A stretch of DNA of 52,433 bases from Basidiobolus meristosporus CBS 931.73 (taxonomy: Eukaryota > Fungi > Basidiobolomycota). A program made the translations under genes and the position numbers. The notes under the pieces are model-generated. The model searched no databases and was not told the DNA's origin. It saw only the letters and a program-made list of their open reading frames with translations. Below, piece by piece: positions 48,605 through 52,433 of this stretch. The stretch is taken from positions 1-52,433 of the forward strand of contig MCFE01000618.1 of assembly GCA_002104905.1 (NCBI GenBank), given 5' to 3'. The stretch's first letter is position 1. Each line of letters opens with the position of its first letter.

Positions 48605-48753
48605 AAGAACAAGTGTGCCATAGCCAAAAACCAGCAGCTTCCTTGGCAGCTTGTTACAAGCAGGGCCAAAAGCTCCACACAAGTGTCAAAGAGATGTCAG
48701 GTAGCTGGAGGAGTGCCAATTAGGGACTAGCAGGCTGACACAGATGCACCAGC

Positions 48754-51700
48754 TGTTATGAATAGACACAAGGCAGGAGGAAAAGCTAGGCACAGCAGGA
48801 AAGGACTTAGGTGTGGACCATCAAGGCAAGGCAGGATTCAAGGCAAGGCTGTTTATTCAAGACCTGTGTTTATCAGACTGAGGAATACTTAAGGGGGGAT
48901 AGGACTATATATACTTTTTGGCTATATTGATGCCAAGAGATATTAGCTAATACTAATGGGGTTGTGGGGTGAGGCACAGCAATGGTGCTGGGGATAATGA
49001 CATAGATGACATGGCACTGAGACAGGATGGGGAAATGGATTGGGTCACCTGATCATGTGACTAAGTCATGTGACCTGGTATTTCCATATATGGTACTGGA
49101 CTATAAAAAATACGATGGAAAGCTTCCATGGAATGTTCCATTGTGTAACAATGGTTTTGGAATGGTCAGGAACTTTCTGGAAGGTGGTAGAAGGTTCCAG
49201 AAGGAATCTCTTAGAAATTGAGCTGGGAAGCTGAAACTTGGCATGGGTGTTCATGGTTGTCATGTGATCATGACACTATTCTCCTTTTCCAGGCGGAGCT
49301 CTGTTTCCCTTTTGGGGCAGGTTTTGCAGGATATTGTTGGTGGAACTGGGTAACTAGTTCTTGACAATTAGTGAGATGTGTGGCTGGTTCCCATGTTTGG
49401 TCACTTGGGCCATAACCAATCCAGTCTACTAAGTAGTACAGCTTTGACCGGATATACTTGGAGTCTAGAATCTGTTTAACTTCAAATTCCTGATGTTGGT
49501 CAACCTGGATAGCTTGGGGCTTTGCTTCTTGCCGGTTTGGCAATGTGTTCCTACAATACGGCTCCAGGAGGGACACATGGAAAGTATCATGGATTTTCAT
49601 ACTTGCTGGTAACTGTAGCTGATATACTATAGGGCTAAGCTTCTTCTTGATCTTGAAGGGACCAAGTTTCTTGAAATCCAACTTGTCACAAGGGCTGTTG
49701 GTGCTGATGTTTCTTCTGAGCAACCATACAGAATCTCCTTCATTAAGATCAGGGCTGGGATGCTGTTTTAGATTGGCAAATTTCTTGTAGCTTTCCTGAG
49801 CTAAGGATAGCTCTTCCTTGAGGGTGCTCTGGATGTCCTGGATTGCTTGGGCATGTTCAGCCGCATGTGGGCTCATTGGGTTTGTTGGAATCTGGATATC
49901 AAACTGAGGGTGGAATCCATAGTTTGCATAGAATGGTGTAAAACCGGCTGCACTATGACTTGAGTTGTTGTAGGCAAACTCAGCAACAGGGAGTAGGTCA
50001 GCCCAATTGTCTTGCTGGTAATTGATATAGCACCGGAGGTATTGCTCCAGAATCTGGTTGATTCTTTCAGTCTGGCCATCAGACTGAGGATGGAAGGCAG
50101 TAGAGAGCTTGACTTGAACACCAAGGTATTGCATGAAGTGTTTCCCAAACTTGGACACAAACTGTGGGCCTCTATCTGATACAATATCACTGGGGATACC
50201 ATGAAGGCGGAAAATATTCTTCAGGACTAAAGCAGCAGTTTCTTTTGCATCAGTGTTCTTACAGCAAGGGATGAAGTGAGCCATCTTGGTCAGCCGGTCA
50301 GCCACTACAAGTATAGCATTGAAGTCACATGACTCAGGGAGGTCAGTAATGAAGTCCACAGATATAGATCTCCATTGGTGTTCTGGGATAGGCAGGGGTT
50401 GAAGAAGTCCATAGGGCTGGTGTCTGGCTGGTTTTGCACGGTTGCAAATATCACAAGTCAGAATGTACTCTTTGATAAGAGTTATCATTCTAGGCCACCA
50501 GAAATCTCTTTTGATAGCATTCAAGGTTTTGGCAGTACCAAAGTGGCCTGCAGCCATTGAATCATGCCAAGACTTAATGATGTCTAGCTGGGTGGCAAGG
50601 TCTGGGACATAAAGCTGCTGCTTGTGGTAGATGAGGTTGTTTACCAAATGCAGGTTCTGGATGTTTGGGAACTTGGGAGGGGGCCCAACTGGGGATTCCA
50701 GATATTTCTTGATGGTGCTGGAAGTCATATCAGAGGCTTGGGATTCTGATATCCTTACTAGGAATGAAGGGATGACAAGACTTGAGGACTGGGTGGCAAG
50801 AATCTCAAAATGTTTCTTGCTCAGCAATGGGTGTTCCATTTGCCGACAGGCATCATCTCCCTCTTCCAGGGCATATTCCTTTTTTCTGGACAGGGCATCA
50901 GGCTTTCCTTGCTTTGCACCAGGTCTATAGGTGATAGTAAAGTCAAAGCTGGACAGGAAGAGTGACCATCTGGCTTGTCTCCGGTTTAGTACTTTGGAAG
51001 TTGCAAAGTACTCAAGGTTCTTATGGTCACAGAAGACTTTGATTTTGTGTTTTGCACCGTCCAGGTAGTGTCTCCATTGCTCAAAGGCTACAATGATGGC
51101 AAGCAACTCCTTATCATAGATATCATAGTTGATCTCTGCAGGGGAAAACTTCCGAGAGTAGAATGCAATGGGGTGCAACACATTGTCCTCATCATACTGG
51201 GAGAGTATGGCACCAAGGGCAAAATCCAAAGCATCAGTCTCCACTATGAATTGCTTCTCAAGGTCAGGGTGGGCAAGCAGGGGGGCCTTCAGGAAAGATT
51301 TCTTGAGTTGGTTGAATGAGCTGGATTGCTCCTCATTCCAGGCAAAAGGTGTGTTCTTCTGGGTAAGCTTTGTCAGAGGGGTGACTATCTTGGAGTAGTT
51401 TGCTATGAACCTGCGATAGAAGTTGGCAAATCCCAGGAAGGATTGTACTTCCTTGACTGAGCTTGGAGTTTTCCAGGATTGGACTGAGTCAACTTTCTTT
51501 GGGTCCATTCTTGTTCCCTCAGGGCTGATGAGATAACCAAGAAATTCCACTTCTCTCTGGTCAAATTCACACTTCTCTAGCTTGGCATAGAGACCGGCAG
51601 AGTCTAGTTTTCTCAATACTTTCTTGACATGTTCATCATGTTCATCTTGGCTCTTGGAGTATATGAGAATATCATCAAGGTAGATTACCACAAAGTGGTC

Positions 51701-52433
51701 AAGGTATTCACAGAATATGTCATTCATGAGGTGTTGAAACACAGCAGGGGCATTGGTGAGGCCAAATGGCATTACTTTGTATTCAAAGTGGCCGTATCTT
51801 GTGCGAAAGGCAGTTTTCCATTCATCACCAGGCTTGATTCTGACAAGATTGTAAGCTCCTCTCAAGTCAATCTTGGTGAAGACTTGGGCAGCAGATAGCT
51901 GATCCAACAGTGTGTTGATCAGGGGCAGGGGGTAGCGGTTCTTGACTGTGATCTTATTCAAAGCACGGTAGTCCACACACATTCTGAGGGTGCCATCCTT
52001 CTTCTTGACAAAGAGGATTGGGGCTCCAGCAGGTGATTTGGAGTGCTGAATAAAACCCTTCTGGAGGTTTTCTTGAATATAACCATGGAGTTCTTTCAAC
52101 TCCGGCTGGGAGAGGTTATATATTGGGCCAAATGGAGGGACTTTTCCATCTTCAAGGTCAATAGGGCAGTCATAAGGCCGATGGTCAGGGAGGAGTTCTG
52201 CTTTCTTCTTGTCAAAGACATGGGCAAACTCTTGGTGCTTGGCTGGTATAGTTGCTGAGGGGGCTCCTTCAGCTGGCAAGGTTATCTTGGGCTGTTGAAC
52301 TGTTGCAACGTCTTTTCACGGTTATCAGGGTCTGGAGATTTCATGGAGTTGACTTGGTGGGATCTGGTGAATGACAGGATCTTGGATTTCCAATCAATAC
52401 TTGGATTGTGGTAGCTCACCATGAGCTTCCAAG
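48754..52433 (-). mobile_element. Chromovirus (Ty3/gypsy with chromodomain), 3' part; continues beyond the window
   Basis: 3' LTR 48754-49275 (TGTCATGA...TCATAACA), PPT GGAAAAGGAGAATAG (49276-49290, -), pol with chromodomain. Confidence 0.95.
49268..52279 (-). CDS. pol: Chromovirus Pol: RT, RNase H, integrase, chromodomain (1003 aa open; upstream protease region frameshifted)
   Basis: [31 protein letters not shown](L)[68 protein letters not shown]. The true start lies upstream (in-frame TGA near 52317). Confidence 0.92.
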   Translation of the reverse strand: MPAEGAPSATIPAKHQEFAHVFDKKKAELLPDHRPYDCPIDLEDGKVPPFGPIYNLSQPELKELHGYIQENLQKGFIQHSKSPAGAPILFVKKKDGTLRMCVDYRALNKITVKNRYPLPLINTLLDQLSAAQVFTKIDLRGAYNLVRIKPGDEWKTAFRTRYGHFEYKVMPFGLTNAPAVFQHLMNDIFCEYLDHFVVIYLDDILIYSKSQDEHDEHVKKVLRKLDSAGLYAKLEKCEFDQREVEFLGYLISPEGTRMDPKKVDSVQSWKTPSSVKEVQSFLGFANFYRRFIANYSKIVTPLTKLTQKNTPFAWNEEQSSSFNQLKKSFLKAPLLAHPDLEKQFIVETDALDFALGAILSQYDEDNVLHPIAFYSRKFSPAEINYDIYDKELLAIIVAFEQWRHYLDGAKHKIKVFCDHKNLEYFATSKVLNRRQARWSLFLSSFDFTITYRPGAKQGKPDALSRKKEYALEEGDDACRQMEHPLLSKKHFEILATQSSSLVIPSFLVRISESQASDMTSSTIKKYLESPVGPPPKFPNIQNLHLVNNLIYHKQQLYVPDLATQLDIIKSWHDSMAAGHFGTAKTLNAIKRDFWWPRMITLIKEYILTCDICNRAKPARHQPYGLLQPLPIPEHQWRSISVDFITDLPESCDFNAILVVADRLTKMAHFIPCCKNTDAKETAALVLKNIFRLHGIPSDIVSDRGPQFVSKFGKHFMQYLGVQVKLSTAFHPQSDGQTERINQILEQYLRCYINYQQDNWADLLPVAEFAYNNSSHSAAGFTPFYANYGFHPQFDIQIPTNPMSPHAAEHAQAIQDIQSTLKEELSLAQESYKKFANLKQHPSPDLNEGDSVWLLRRNISTNSPCDKLDFKKLGPFKIKKKLSPIVYQLQLPASMKIHDTFHVSLLEPYCRNTLPNRQEAKPQAIQVDQHQEFEVKQILDSKYIRSKLYYLVDWIGYGPSDQTWEPATHLTNCQELVTQFHQQYPAKPAPKGKQSSAWKRRIVS

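Larger units (their letters stand above)
38273..48753 (-). mobile_element. CACTA copy 2 (most complete), interrupted by gypsy A2, LTR-B and the chromovirus
   Basis: Terminus CCCTATGAAAAACAATTTGG at 38273; subterminal region split at 38369/43302; transposase 43400-47452(-); ORF2 47654-48604(+); homology to copy 3 continues to 48753. Confidence 0.88.

Noticed and set aside
50375-52258. Short + strand ORFs opposite pol (and similar antisense ORFs at 1377, 21239, 23072, 30192, 39536, 41365)
   Set aside because: Shadows of the coding strand with no motifs; many rely on GTG/TTG starts that are not meaningful in a eukaryote.

Overview
Eukaryotic, strongly CpG-depleted transposon graveyard; organism not identifiable (fungal or protist-like element set). 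I found no host gene, tRNA, rRNA or CRISPR array, and nearly all 52 kb is nested transposable elements. Contents: (i) a PIF/Harbinger-like (DDE_Tnp_4) transposase pseudogene followed by a 736-bp near-perfect foldback, plus a second relic copy; (ii) several copies of a CACTA/EnSpm-like element with CCCTATGAAAAA termini and a divergent two-gene layout, plus a 300-bp MITE of it; (iii) two full-length copies of a compact single-ORF Ty3/gypsy element (family A, 368-bp LTRs, 4-bp TSDs) and older relics; (iv) three solo LTRs of family B whose 4-bp TSDs are or appear to have been CpG-centred; (v) two Ty1/copia elements, one inserted inside the 5' LTR of the other; (vi) an old gypsy element with a decayed extra ORF; (vii) a young chromovirus with an open 1003-aa pol running off the window end. 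The best leads are the foldback, apparent CpG targeting by LTR family B, preferential survival of CpGs in CCG/CGG context, and the head-to-head CCCTA-type CACTA family. All alignments and counts were done by eye and need computational confirmation.
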